Program-made: the position numbers and the translations under genes | Assembly: GCA_015234045.1 (NCBI GenBank) | Contig: JADFWU010000001.1 | Coordinates: 127,943-191,942, forward strand | Source of the DNA: Magnetococcales bacterium | Lineage (GTDB): Bacteria > Pseudomonadota > Magnetococcia > Magnetococcales > JADFWU01 | Direction: 5' to 3' | DNA length: 64,000 bases | Notes under the pieces: generated by a model | Told to the model about the DNA's origin: nothing | What the model saw: the letters and a program-made list of their open reading frames with translations, nothing else | The model's database searches: none | Shown: piece after piece, positions 21,121 to 30,735 of the stretch | How positions within the stretch are numbered: position 1 is the first letter of the stretch | Layout: every line of letters starts with the position of its first letter

Positions 21121-22668
21121 ATGGCAGAAGATGATCTTACCGTAGGGCCGGATAAGCCTCTTCAACTGGGTGATGATATTTCGCGCCCACAACATAAAGC
21201 GCCAAAGAAAGTAAATCGCGCCTTTAAAGCCATGAAGCGTAACTTTCTTCTCGTATCCGTTATCTATGGTACAAGTGTTCTGGGAACACTTGTCTACTCA
21301 TTGATTCACTTGGCCTTTTGGATGATTCCTGGCTTGATTGCTGGCGGAATTTTTGTGGTGATGGCGCTCTATTTTTACTATGACCACATCCTTCATCCAC
21401 TGATCCGCCAAGATCCAGATGAAGAGACTATGGATATGATGCTGGAAGAGATGCGTCGTTCCGGTAGTTCGCCTGGTTTGTTCTATTGGTTTTTTATTCC
21501 ATTGTTTTTGCAAAATATTACCTTGTTTGGCTTTGGAGCGATTCTCTCTCTATCCAGTCCGTTGAATGGTACGCCTTTTACTCATCCTTATCAGTTTGGC
21601 AAAGTGTATACGCGTACGTCATCTTATTTTAATTTGGGTAATAATTTGGACCGGCCTAACATTAAAGCCGAGGATCTTGTTGAGCAAAGCAAAGTCAAAG
21701 ATGCCATTCTTGATGAAATGATGGATCGACACTTTCAAGCACGTTTCACCAATGATCAGATTCAACTCTATCCTTTCCCATCTCGCACCAGTTTTCTTCA
21801 TGTATTTGTAAAAAATGGTGCTAAACCGCGCCAACTTGCCGAGATGATCGTTTATTTGATTCCATTTTTAATATCTGGTGCATTTGGGTTTTTGGGTGTA
21901 TTGCTTTACACGTTGAAGGATTTATCTCAAAGAATTGTCACAAATGATATCTATGATAAAACTTTTGCTGCATATGCAATCCGATTTTTATTTGCGCCAA
22001 ATATCGGGATGGTTATTGCGTATTTCCTGATGGATGATTGGCCAGTAGCATTGGCACCGGTGCTGTTTTTCTACATTGGTTTCTTTCCACAGCGTGCCAT
22101 GCAGTTCATAGAAGCACGTGCCATGAAGTTTATGGGACGTTCAGAAGGAGGTAATGAAAGGGCGGGATCAGTCAGTCTGGATAATCTGCAAGGAATGGAT
22201 GAATACACCATCCAGCGTTTTGAAGAGGTTGGTATTCGCAATGCTCAGTCGTTGGCATATTCTGATCTGACAATTCTGCATAAGCAGTTGAGAAGTATTA
22301 GACGTTTGAAATTAGCGGATTATGTTGCTCAGGCGTTGTTGGTCGTTCATGTACAGGATAAACTCATTGATATTGCACGGTTTGGTATCCGAGACATCAT
22401 TTCATTGCAAGAGGTGCTGAAAAGCGAGAAAGAGAAGGAAAGGCTGAAACAGACCGCACCTGATTTGGCACCACTTATTGAGGTAATGGATAGTTTGCTG
22501 ACAGAAGAAACACTGAAAAACAGAATCGCTTCAATCAAAAATTTCATTCGTTCAGCACAGGATCAGGAGAATGCGTCAGAGCGTTTTCAACGCCAATTCC
22601 GTCGAATTGATAAGCATAGCAGTACTGTCAACTTAGTGAAGAAAGCCTCAGAAATTACTTTACCCTAG
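21121..22668 (+). CDS. Hypothetical polytopic membrane protein (~6 TM) with a helical cytoplasmic C-terminal domain
   Basis: 515 aa. Hydrophobic segments lie near residues 45-90, 120-145, 245-270 and 290-335. The C-terminal third has two helix-hairpin-helix-like stretches (EEVGIRNAQSLA, IARFGIRDIISLQ) and a coiled-coil tail. I recognise no family. Confidence 0.6.
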   Translation: MAEDDLTVGPDKPLQLGDDISRPQHKAPKKVNRAFKAMKRNFLLVSVIYGTSVLGTLVYSLIHLAFWMIPGLIAGGIFVVMALYFYYDHILHPLIRQDPDEETMDMMLEEMRRSGSSPGLFYWFFIPLFLQNITLFGFGAILSLSSPLNGTPFTHPYQFGKVYTRTSSYFNLGNNLDRPNIKAEDLVEQSKVKDAILDEMMDRHFQARFTNDQIQLYPFPSRTSFLHVFVKNGAKPRQLAEMIVYLIPFLISGAFGFLGVLLYTLKDLSQRIVTNDIYDKTFAAYAIRFLFAPNIGMVIAYFLMDDWPVALAPVLFFYIGFFPQRAMQFIEARAMKFMGRSEGGNERAGSVSLDNLQGMDEYTIQRFEEVGIRNAQSLAYSDLTILHKQLRSIRRLKLADYVAQALLVVHVQDKLIDIARFGIRDIISLQEVLKSEKEKERLKQTAPDLAPLIEVMDSLLTEETLKNRIASIKNFIRSAQDQENASERFQRQFRRIDKHSSTVNLVKKASEITLP

Positions 22669-22701
22669 GCGGTACGCAGTCGAATGAGTTTTGTACCCGT
22701 C

Positions 22702-23223
22702 TTATCCCCAAATAAGCGTGCCTTGACTCTGTTCTTCAACGGTCGGAAAACTGGGCTTAAATCGCCAATGATAGGAAACACCATGTTTGATTTGTGCGTC
22801 CATGGCAACGGGTTCGATTGTGTTAAGTCCTTGGTTAAGCTGAATCTGAAGTTGAGAAGAGGGGTGTTTTCCAGTCGATGGTGTCAGTGTCAGAGATCCG
22901 CCAAGTGACTTTCCATCAGTGGCGACATAGATATAAAAAGCAGGCGTATCCTGAGCCGAAAATCTGTGTGCCGAATTACCAAGAACTGAATATTTTGGCA
23001 CTCTTGATAGTGGGTTGCGAATAGCTGAATCAATCCGCATGCTTGGTACGCCTTGAATCGAATTCCAGGATATCAAGTCTGTAATGTGGCTCTGTGTTTT
23101 GGTGGACGGTGTTCTGATAGATGGAATTAAGGTCGATGGTGACAAAATCACAGCATTGGTATTGGTTGCTGGTTGAACCAGAACCATTGTGAGGAGAACG
23201 GAAGCGATTAGGCTTTTTTGCAT
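22702..23223 (-). CDS. Secreted protein, DUF928-like
   Basis: A signal peptide is present (MQKSLIASVLLTMVLVQPATNTNA). The stretches TPAFYIYVA and GVSYHWRF resemble the DUF928 pattern as I remember it. It lies directly downstream of a CHASE2 kinase on the same strand. Confidence 0.45.
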   Translation of the reverse strand: MQKSLIASVLLTMVLVQPATNTNAVILSPSTLIPSIRTPSTKTQSHITDLISWNSIQGVPSMRIDSAIRNPLSRVPKYSVLGNSAHRFSAQDTPAFYIYVATDGKSLGGSLTLTPSTGKHPSSQLQIQLNQGLNTIEPVAMDAQIKHGVSYHWRFKPSFPTVEEQSQGTLIWG

Positions 23224-23427
23224 AGTTTTTCCGTCCAGATAAAGGGCCGAGCATTGAATTCAGTATGCTTCGGTACTTTGAAATACGTAGGACTCGGTTA
23301 AACCGCTTATGCCTATTGCCTTTAGATAGAGTCGTTATCCTATTAATAACAAACTGCCAACGACTGACACCATGGAAACCATATCAACGACACTACCATT
23401 TGTACAGCAAAAGCTTATCACAAAAAA

Positions 23428-26166
23428 CTATACCAAGCTGGAGTTAGGGTCAACAAAAAAATCTTCTAAGAGTTTGATTCGGCGTTTGGCTGGGATAAGG
23501 TCGTTATTTGTCAGATCGTTTGCCAGTGCGTCGGCCAGTTGAGCATATTCATGGTGGCCAAGTTGTGAGAGATTCTCTTCAAGAGAGCGTGCCAGTATCA
23601 CAGCGGATGCCATAGAGTGACTTTGAATTCTGGTATTGATATCAGTCACTTTTTCTTTACATTCAGCCAAAACGACCTGACGAAAACCGGTCAAAGACTG
23701 CATGGATTCCTCATCACGTTGTTGGGATGACCTGTCTTTGTTTGAGAGTAAAGAGAGCGTTTTATCCTGTTGTTGGCAGCTTTGATGATGATCAAGGGCC
23801 ATTGTCCAAAGGCGTTCAGGTGGAATTTTGCAAGAGAGAATATGTTCTGGCGGCACCTCATCGGGCAATATGGAACCCAGTGGTAAGTCGGTCATAAGGC
23901 GAATATTTGGTTGTGGCATGCTGTCTTGGTCACGCTGTTTGATCTGGATATAGGCTTTCTCGTCAATGAGGATCATCTCACGAGGATTGAAAGGTAATGC
24001 GCAATGCAGAGGGTCGATGTGACTCACTTGGCAACCAAGCGAGCTAAGGGTTCTGGTTAACTGTCGTCTTGTTTCTGCATTGTTCAGTCCGATCCGTACA
24101 ACAATTGGAACATGAACACCGGGGTTGATAGCAGGAGGCTGATCTAATCCGCCGTGGGCAGGGGGGTCTGTTGCTGGAACAGTGATACGTACGGTGGTTC
24201 CATTATTGAGTTTGCTCTCTATATGAATTGTTCCCCCATTTTTTTCAACGACTTCCTGACAAAGAATAAGGCCAAGTCCTGTGCCTGGTTCATCATCAGT
24301 ACCTGGAGTTGAGTTGTAGCGATCCAATTGAAAAAGTTGTGCTAATTTTTCCTGTGAAATACCGATGCCGGTATCACGGATCATGATCTCAACCAGGGCA
24401 ATGTCACGTTTAGGGCCTTGTGGTTGAATTCTGGCGGAGAGGGTTATTTCGCCGCCAGAAGGGGTAAACTTTAGTGCATTGGAAATGATATTGCGTAACG
24501 CTACGAGAAACAGGTCCCTGTCACATAAAATCCAGTAGCCGGACAGGTCTATCTGGTTAATTTTAATGTTTTTTTCTTCAATAAAAGCACGATATACATC
24601 AATCGTGTCCTCAATTGCTTGAGAGAGAGGATTGGCGGTTGGCTCGTAGCTATCAGCATGGCCCATTTGCAGTTTGGACCAATCTAAAAGATTATCCAAT
24701 AGGGTTGCGGTATTTTGGGCTGAATGCTCAATTTGGGTGGCAATCCGATGGATCTCTTTGATTGATGGGTTGTTTTCCTGAGAGACAATAGTGAGAAGCT
24801 CTGACAGACGTATGAGTGGCATGAAAGGAACGCGCAGATCATGAGAAACTATGGAGAAAAATCGATTTTTGCGTTGATTGATCTCTTCCAGATGTTGAGC
24901 ATGTTCTGCCAATAACTCATTTTTAACTCTGATTTTTTCTTGAGTTAGGATCAATTCCTGTCTCAATTTACGTTCTTTATAGACCACATGAATCAAAGAA
25001 AATAGAGAGCCAATAATGAAAGCGACTGCCGGCAGTATCCAAGGTAACCATACATGGTAGTGAAATGCGGTGCTCACAGAGAGTGATAGCAGAAAGAGAC
25101 CGCTGCTTAAGAGGGCCAAAAACAGCAGAAGTGTCTTGTAACGACTACCAACCAATAGACCGCATACTGACCAAAAAATAAGCCAGATTGCTTCAATCCA
25201 ATCAGGCATACTGATTGTGGGAGTGTCTTTTCCAAGGGCAAAATTAACCAGTTGGTTGGTAATGGTTGCTTGAAGTACAACACCATGGGTAACCTCACCC
25301 AATAGTGGCTTGTGCATCAACGGAGTGAATGCGAGATCCTTGATGCTGGTAGCAGTGGCACCAATAATAACTATCTTATCTTTGATAGCATGTGTGGGAA
25401 CTTTGTTTGTTAAGAGATCGGAAAGGGAATAGATTGGCAGTGTGTTTGGGGTATCAACATAATTGAGTAGAATCTGATAACCTCTATTGTCGGCATCAAC
25501 ATAGGGGCCATCATTCGGCATGAGAGGAAGGAGTTTGGCATTTCCAAATTGAATAGCGTTATCCTTGTTGCTCAAAAGATGGAGCTTGACACCCAGTGAT
25601 TTCATGTAGCGTAAGGCTAATTGAAGCGCGAAACTGGTACCATTTCGGCCTGTGTCATTGTGTAAAAAAATCATGCTGCGTCGGACTATGCCATCATAAT
25701 CAAGAACTATATCAGAGAAGCCAACCTGAGTTTTAGTAGTAAGATATTCCGGTGCAGCAATTCGGTCCTTTTCTGTGTTGCCAAATTTTTCGACCAAAAT
25801 AATATGATCATTGCTGGTTAAAATCTCCTTCAGTTTAGTGCTTCCTGGAGGGTGAGCGTGTTCACGGTAAATATCGAGACCAATAACGCGGGGGGTTTTC
25901 TCCAGAATATTAAATAAAGCTTGGGCAACGACTTCATCATTGAGTCGCCAACCCAGAGTGTTCATATCATTTTCAGTAATGCCGATAACGGTCAGCGGTG
26001 GACTCTGCTTAGGAGGAGAAGAGCGCCAGCGGACCAATTGATCATAGCCTGCAAGTTCTATCCACTGAAACCAGCCTTGTGAACTTGAAATAAGCACAAG
26101 CAAGCAGAAAAGAAGCGCTGCTGAAATCAGAATTGTACGGTTTGAATTCTCTTGATTAGATAACAT
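23428..26166 (-). CDS. CHASE2-domain sensor histidine kinase with a C-terminal degenerate receiver/Hpt-like extension
   Basis: An N-terminal TM is followed by an extracytoplasmic CHASE2-like region (ELAGYDQLVRWR..., VIGLDIY) and three TMs. Then come HisKA (SIVSHDLRVP) and HATPase_c (DTGIGI, GTGLGL). About 250 further residues follow, with no clear phospho-acceptor Asp. Confidence 0.85.
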   Translation of the reverse strand: MLSNQENSNRTILISAALLFCLLVLISSSQGWFQWIELAGYDQLVRWRSSPPKQSPPLTVIGITENDMNTLGWRLNDEVVAQALFNILEKTPRVIGLDIYREHAHPPGSTKLKEILTSNDHIILVEKFGNTEKDRIAAPEYLTTKTQVGFSDIVLDYDGIVRRSMIFLHNDTGRNGTSFALQLALRYMKSLGVKLHLLSNKDNAIQFGNAKLLPLMPNDGPYVDADNRGYQILLNYVDTPNTLPIYSLSDLLTNKVPTHAIKDKIVIIGATATSIKDLAFTPLMHKPLLGEVTHGVVLQATITNQLVNFALGKDTPTISMPDWIEAIWLIFWSVCGLLVGSRYKTLLLFLALLSSGLFLLSLSVSTAFHYHVWLPWILPAVAFIIGSLFSLIHVVYKERKLRQELILTQEKIRVKNELLAEHAQHLEEINQRKNRFFSIVSHDLRVPFMPLIRLSELLTIVSQENNPSIKEIHRIATQIEHSAQNTATLLDNLLDWSKLQMGHADSYEPTANPLSQAIEDTIDVYRAFIEEKNIKINQIDLSGYWILCDRDLFLVALRNIISNALKFTPSGGEITLSARIQPQGPKRDIALVEIMIRDTGIGISQEKLAQLFQLDRYNSTPGTDDEPGTGLGLILCQEVVEKNGGTIHIESKLNNGTTVRITVPATDPPAHGGLDQPPAINPGVHVPIVVRIGLNNAETRRQLTRTLSSLGCQVSHIDPLHCALPFNPREMILIDEKAYIQIKQRDQDSMPQPNIRLMTDLPLGSILPDEVPPEHILSCKIPPERLWTMALDHHQSCQQQDKTLSLLSNKDRSSQQRDEESMQSLTGFRQVVLAECKEKVTDINTRIQSHSMASAVILARSLEENLSQLGHHEYAQLADALANDLTNNDLIPAKRRIKLLEDFFVDPNSSLV

Positions 26167-26649
26167 GGCTCAATAAAGTTGATCATAGTCAAAAAAAGTA
26201 ATTTACAATAGAACTTATCAATCTTACAATCTGCTACTGATTCCGGCTGGCAATTTAACCATGATTAATTATGAACTATTGGCAAGCAGAAAGCCAATGC
26301 TAGGATCTATAGAAATGTAAATTAGTTGAGGAAAATTGTAGATGTTAAGTGTTTACTGTACTTGGTGTTGTATTTAAATGATTCATGGATTTGTATATTT
26401 AATGTGATTCGGTTTGTTTCTGAGATACGCAGTTTAATGCGTATTGATGGCTGTTATTCTCGCCTCTGCGGGAATGACGAGTTCACGACCTAATGCGTGT
26501 TTCAACTGACAACTGCGTATCTCATATTATTGTAAAAAATTCTTTTTTAACAGTCTATAAGGGCAGAGTTGTTCACGTAAAGAGGGTAGATGTTTGATGA
26601 GTAATAATCTTGGTGGTTCTGACTATAGTCAACTTCGTTTTACGCGCTT

Positions 26650-28311
26650 ATGATCCATAGTGACCTATTGAATTCAGCGCCATTTTCTGGACAAGAGACG
26701 GATATCCTGATTGCAGATGACTCGGCGGCAACGCGCTTGCTGTTGGAGTATATGGTGAAAAAATGGGGATATCGTGTCTTTTCTGCTCGTGATGGTGTGC
26801 AGGCTCTTGAAATTCTTTCTGCGCCTAATCCACCACGTTTGGCACTATTAGATTGGATGATGCCAAATTTGGATGGCCTTGGCGTTATCAAAAAAGTTGC
26901 AGAAGATCCGAATATTCCGTTTATATACAGTATTCTTATTACCAATCGTTCTGAACCGGAAGATATGATCACTGCTCTGAATGCTGGTGCAGATGATTTT
27001 CTTGCCAAGCCTATTCAGGTTGAAGAGTTGAATAGCCGCATTAAGGTTGGTCAACGGACCATAGGTTATCAGTTGCGCCAGGAGGAGAGCATGCAACTGA
27101 TGGCTGTTCAGAAACAGGATCTGAAACAGGCTAAGGAAAAGGCTGAACTGGCTGATCTTGCTAAAACACGCTTTTTAAGATGGGTTAGCCATGATCTGAG
27201 CCAGCCGCTTTCCTCAATGGGCATGTTTATCGAGCAGATGGGCGCTGTACGTGATCTCTCTGAAATGCGAAATCAGATGCGTGGTATCAGCAGTTCCTAC
27301 CAAACGTTATCCGAACTTCTCAACAGTTTGCTGACACTGGATCATGTAGAACGTAAATTTGTCGAACATGGTGCGGTTGAACCACAGATCTCTTCCATAG
27401 ATTTAGGGGTGTTGTTTAATCGTCTAGCCCTTGAGTATGTTCCTTTGGCACAGTTGCAGGGAATTAAGCTGCGCGTTGTGCCAACAAGAGCGGTAGTGCA
27501 GTCAGATGCAGGATTTTTAGAACGTATTATCCGCAATTTAGTCACCAATGCCGTTCGATATACGCGGCAAGGCGGTGGTGTTTTGTTGGGGTGTCGTGCG
27601 CGAGGTGATGCATTCCGTATCGAAGTTTGGGATACGGGAGAAGGTATTCCCGCTGAGAAGCAACAAAAGATTTTCCGTGAATTTGATCGCTTGGATTCAA
27701 ATACCTCAGCCCATAAACACGCTTCCACTGCAACGCTTGATTCTGGTTTAGGGCTTGGTCTGGCCATAGTAAAATCACTGGTCCAGATTCTTCATTATCC
27801 ATTGGAGTTGCGTTCTGAACCGGGACGAGGAAGTCGATTTTCCATCACTGTCCCTGTGGGTGATCCTGATAATATCAAACCAGTTTGGTCGCTGGATCTT
27901 CAAAACACCGGTGCTATTCCAAAGGATTCACTGATTGTGGTTGTAGATGATGATCAGGATGTGCGTACCAATGTGCTTTCTCTTCTGGATAAATGGTCAT
28001 GCCAAGGTGTGGGTGTTGAGTCGCGTTCAGAGGCGTTTGCCAAGTTTGACCAGTTGGGTCGGCAACCTGACTTTATTATCAGCGATTATCATCTCTTAAA
28101 TGATGAAATTGGCACAGATGTTATCAAGGCTATATTAGCCCATTTCAACGCTGAAATTCCTGCACTGATCATTACCAGTCACACAGCGCCTGACTTTCTC
28201 AAGAAGCTCCAAAAATCGGGGTTTGATTACCTCACCAAGCCGGTTTCTCCGGCTAAACTCCGCAGTTATCTCAAGAGTAAATTGTCCCAACAGGTCAGGT
28301 TTTCGGCCTGA
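26650..28311 (+). CDS. Hybrid histidine kinase (REC-HisKA-HATPase-REC)
   Basis: N-terminal REC (ILIADDS...LLDWMMPNLDG), HisKA (WVSHDLSQP), HATPase (WDTGEGI, GLGLGLAIV) and C-terminal REC (VVVDDD...IISDYHL) are all present. Confidence 0.85.
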   Translation: MIHSDLLNSAPFSGQETDILIADDSAATRLLLEYMVKKWGYRVFSARDGVQALEILSAPNPPRLALLDWMMPNLDGLGVIKKVAEDPNIPFIYSILITNRSEPEDMITALNAGADDFLAKPIQVEELNSRIKVGQRTIGYQLRQEESMQLMAVQKQDLKQAKEKAELADLAKTRFLRWVSHDLSQPLSSMGMFIEQMGAVRDLSEMRNQMRGISSSYQTLSELLNSLLTLDHVERKFVEHGAVEPQISSIDLGVLFNRLALEYVPLAQLQGIKLRVVPTRAVVQSDAGFLERIIRNLVTNAVRYTRQGGGVLLGCRARGDAFRIEVWDTGEGIPAEKQQKIFREFDRLDSNTSAHKHASTATLDSGLGLGLAIVKSLVQILHYPLELRSEPGRGSRFSITVPVGDPDNIKPVWSLDLQNTGAIPKDSLIVVVDDDQDVRTNVLSLLDKWSCQGVGVESRSEAFAKFDQLGRQPDFIISDYHLLNDEIGTDVIKAILAHFNAEIPALIITSHTAPDFLKKLQKSGFDYLTKPVSPAKLRSYLKSKLSQQVRFSA

Positions 28312-28329
28312 ATAAGAGTTCTATACACG

Positions 28330-30630
28330 CTATCTTTGCCGCCGGTGTTTTTGAGCGTGGTATTTTTTCCAGTTTTTTGGCTTGGTAAATTTTTTTCCTT
28401 TTGAACGGCGGTGACCGCGCTCAGGTAGGAGTTTCATGTGGCGCCACGACTTGCCAAGCAGTAGGTCAATCTCATTATTGATCTTTTGTCTTTTGTGAAT
28501 GGCTGTATGGAGATCTGGTAACAGGTCTGGAAATCGATAGTGCAACCAGCAGTAGAGGTTCACCACTTTCATAGCGGTTTCAAGCTGGCTGAGACGATGG
28601 GTGTCTTCGCCGACCACTCGAGGTAGAATGCTTTCCAAAGAGAGTTTCCAACCGCGTGCGATGGCTTCGGTCATGCGTTCAAATGCGGATACTGCTTGGG
28701 TTGCACCCAAATGGACCGGTGCAGCGGACAGAGCAAACCGGGTGGCCAGATCAAGGGATTTATAGCGGTCTGTGATACGGGCCAAGGTGGTTTGACCGTC
28801 CAGATCGGTCATGGCGTAGAGCGTTGGATCAGGTTTGACAGCTTGGGAAAATTGGGTCAGCAGTCGTGCCAGTTTTGGCTGTTTATATTCCGAAATATCA
28901 GCCATTGCCATTAGATGATCAAGGTTGGGCGCAAGATGAGCGCGTGTGACATCGGGCGGATTCTTTTGGTAGGCCATCCGAATATTGTGCATGGTAATCT
29001 GGAATGATCCAACAAAGCCGATCTCATTTTGGCCATAGCGGCCTGCACGTCCGGCAATCTGGCGCACTTCCATTGGAGTGAGCGGATGCTCTTGATGGTT
29101 GTATTTTTTGGCATCTTGGGTAAACAGAATAGTACGGATGGGCAGGTTCAATCCCATGCCAATGGCATCTGTCGCGGCCAGGAAAGGGGCATCACCATCG
29201 GAGAACCGTTTTGCTTGCATTCGGCGTACTTCGGGTGGTAGAGCGCCATAAAGCACGGCACAGCTTTTACCGGTTTCCGACTCGATCTTCTGTTTCATCC
29301 TCAGAACACCGGAACGGGAAAAAGCGATTATTGCCGTGCCAGGCTCAAGATCTTTATAGGTTTTGATCGGTTTTTGGATCAGCGTCAATGGGGTCAGACG
29401 TTCCAATCTGACGATGTCATAAGGATCACCGGTAAGTTTAAGCAGTTTTTTAATGGCTGGTAGGGCTTCGGGCGCAGCGATCACACACACTTCATCTGCT
29501 TGTGCGCCAAGAATGGCTTGCGTCCAGGCCCAACCTCGATCCGGGTCGCCCAGCATTTGGGCTTCATCAATGACGCAGATATCGTACTCATGCTTCAATG
29601 CCAGCATTTCAATGGTACTGGCAGTATGTCTGGCCGCTTCATCCTGAATGCGTTCTTCACCTGTGATCATGTTACAGGGCACATTCCATTCCCATAGGGT
29701 TTCAGCCACTTCCAGTGCTAGAAGACGCAGTGGTGCCAAATAGGCACCGCTTTTCGCCTCTGCAAGACGGCGCAGGGCTTGATAGGTTTTTCCAGAGTTG
29801 GTAGGGCCGAGATAAAGGGTGAACTTACGGGTTCTGTTACGGGCTGGAAACAGGTTGTGAAACTCATGAATCCGAGTTGCATTGTTGAAATTTCTTTGCA
29901 GACGTTCTCTTTCTAATCGCTTGAAAAATCGACCATAAATGGCATAGTACGGCGTGATGATTTCAGGATCTTTATTCTTCTGATCCGCGTCAACAATACG
30001 CTGATAAACTGTTTTGGCCAGTTCGTGATCATCAGGGTCTTCCAGCTCTGCAAGAAAAGCGTGAAAGCGGGTTTTCTGATAGTGATCAAGCGCATTTTTC
30101 CATGCCTCATGATCAATAGGCGGGAGTGTCAGTTCCAATCTGATGGCGGCTCGATTCAGCCGAATGCGATGGGGTTCCAGTTTATCACGGCGGTCGATGA
30201 GAATCGGCCATTCATATTCAGCGCCAGGAACTGATTCAATGGTGGTTTCACTGATCCAGCGGGCGAGATGCGTATTCAGATCCTGCCACTCTTGCAGCCA
30301 AGCGTCACACTCCTCTTGAAGTGCTTCACGACGGCGTTCAAAATTCTCTTCTTCATTAATGGTTTGTTCTCTACTATACAGTTTGCATTCCATACCATTT
30401 TTTAAATAGGTATGAACTGGCTCTTGATCTTCAGGTACATAACGTTTTTTTCTGCGCCATGACTTACGTGTCTGCAAAATATCGATATCCGAACGATGCC
30501 ATATATTGACACCATCAACGGTTTTAATAGGTTCGCAACCCGGTTTGGGTCGATGCCGTTCACCGAGCAGGTTTTCGGGTATTGTTTCCAGTAGTGAATC
30601 TTCGAATGGTGATTTCAATGTCTTCTTCAA
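28330..30630 (-). CDS. SUV3-like superfamily-2 ATP-dependent RNA helicase
   Basis: Motif I GPTNSGKT, motif II VIDEAQ and motif VI QIAGRAGR are present, with a SUV3-type C-terminal region. There is a ~250-aa N-terminal extension and a very basic tail. The start codon is TTG. Confidence 0.75.
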   Translation of the reverse strand: MKKTLKSPFEDSLLETIPENLLGERHRPKPGCEPIKTVDGVNIWHRSDIDILQTRKSWRRKKRYVPEDQEPVHTYLKNGMECKLYSREQTINEEENFERRREALQEECDAWLQEWQDLNTHLARWISETTIESVPGAEYEWPILIDRRDKLEPHRIRLNRAAIRLELTLPPIDHEAWKNALDHYQKTRFHAFLAELEDPDDHELAKTVYQRIVDADQKNKDPEIITPYYAIYGRFFKRLERERLQRNFNNATRIHEFHNLFPARNRTRKFTLYLGPTNSGKTYQALRRLAEAKSGAYLAPLRLLALEVAETLWEWNVPCNMITGEERIQDEAARHTASTIEMLALKHEYDICVIDEAQMLGDPDRGWAWTQAILGAQADEVCVIAAPEALPAIKKLLKLTGDPYDIVRLERLTPLTLIQKPIKTYKDLEPGTAIIAFSRSGVLRMKQKIESETGKSCAVLYGALPPEVRRMQAKRFSDGDAPFLAATDAIGMGLNLPIRTILFTQDAKKYNHQEHPLTPMEVRQIAGRAGRYGQNEIGFVGSFQITMHNIRMAYQKNPPDVTRAHLAPNLDHLMAMADISEYKQPKLARLLTQFSQAVKPDPTLYAMTDLDGQTTLARITDRYKSLDLATRFALSAAPVHLGATQAVSAFERMTEAIARGWKLSLESILPRVVGEDTHRLSQLETAMKVVNLYCWLHYRFPDLLPDLHTAIHKRQKINNEIDLLLGKSWRHMKLLPERGHRRSKGKKFTKPKNWKKYHAQKHRRQR

Positions 30631-30735
30631 GAATATTAGAAGTAGCGTTTATCCGGTTAACAGCAGTACTCTATAATTTTTACCATAATTCGAGCGCTTG
30701 GCAAGTGGCGCATAGCGCGGAGGGGTTGAAAAACA

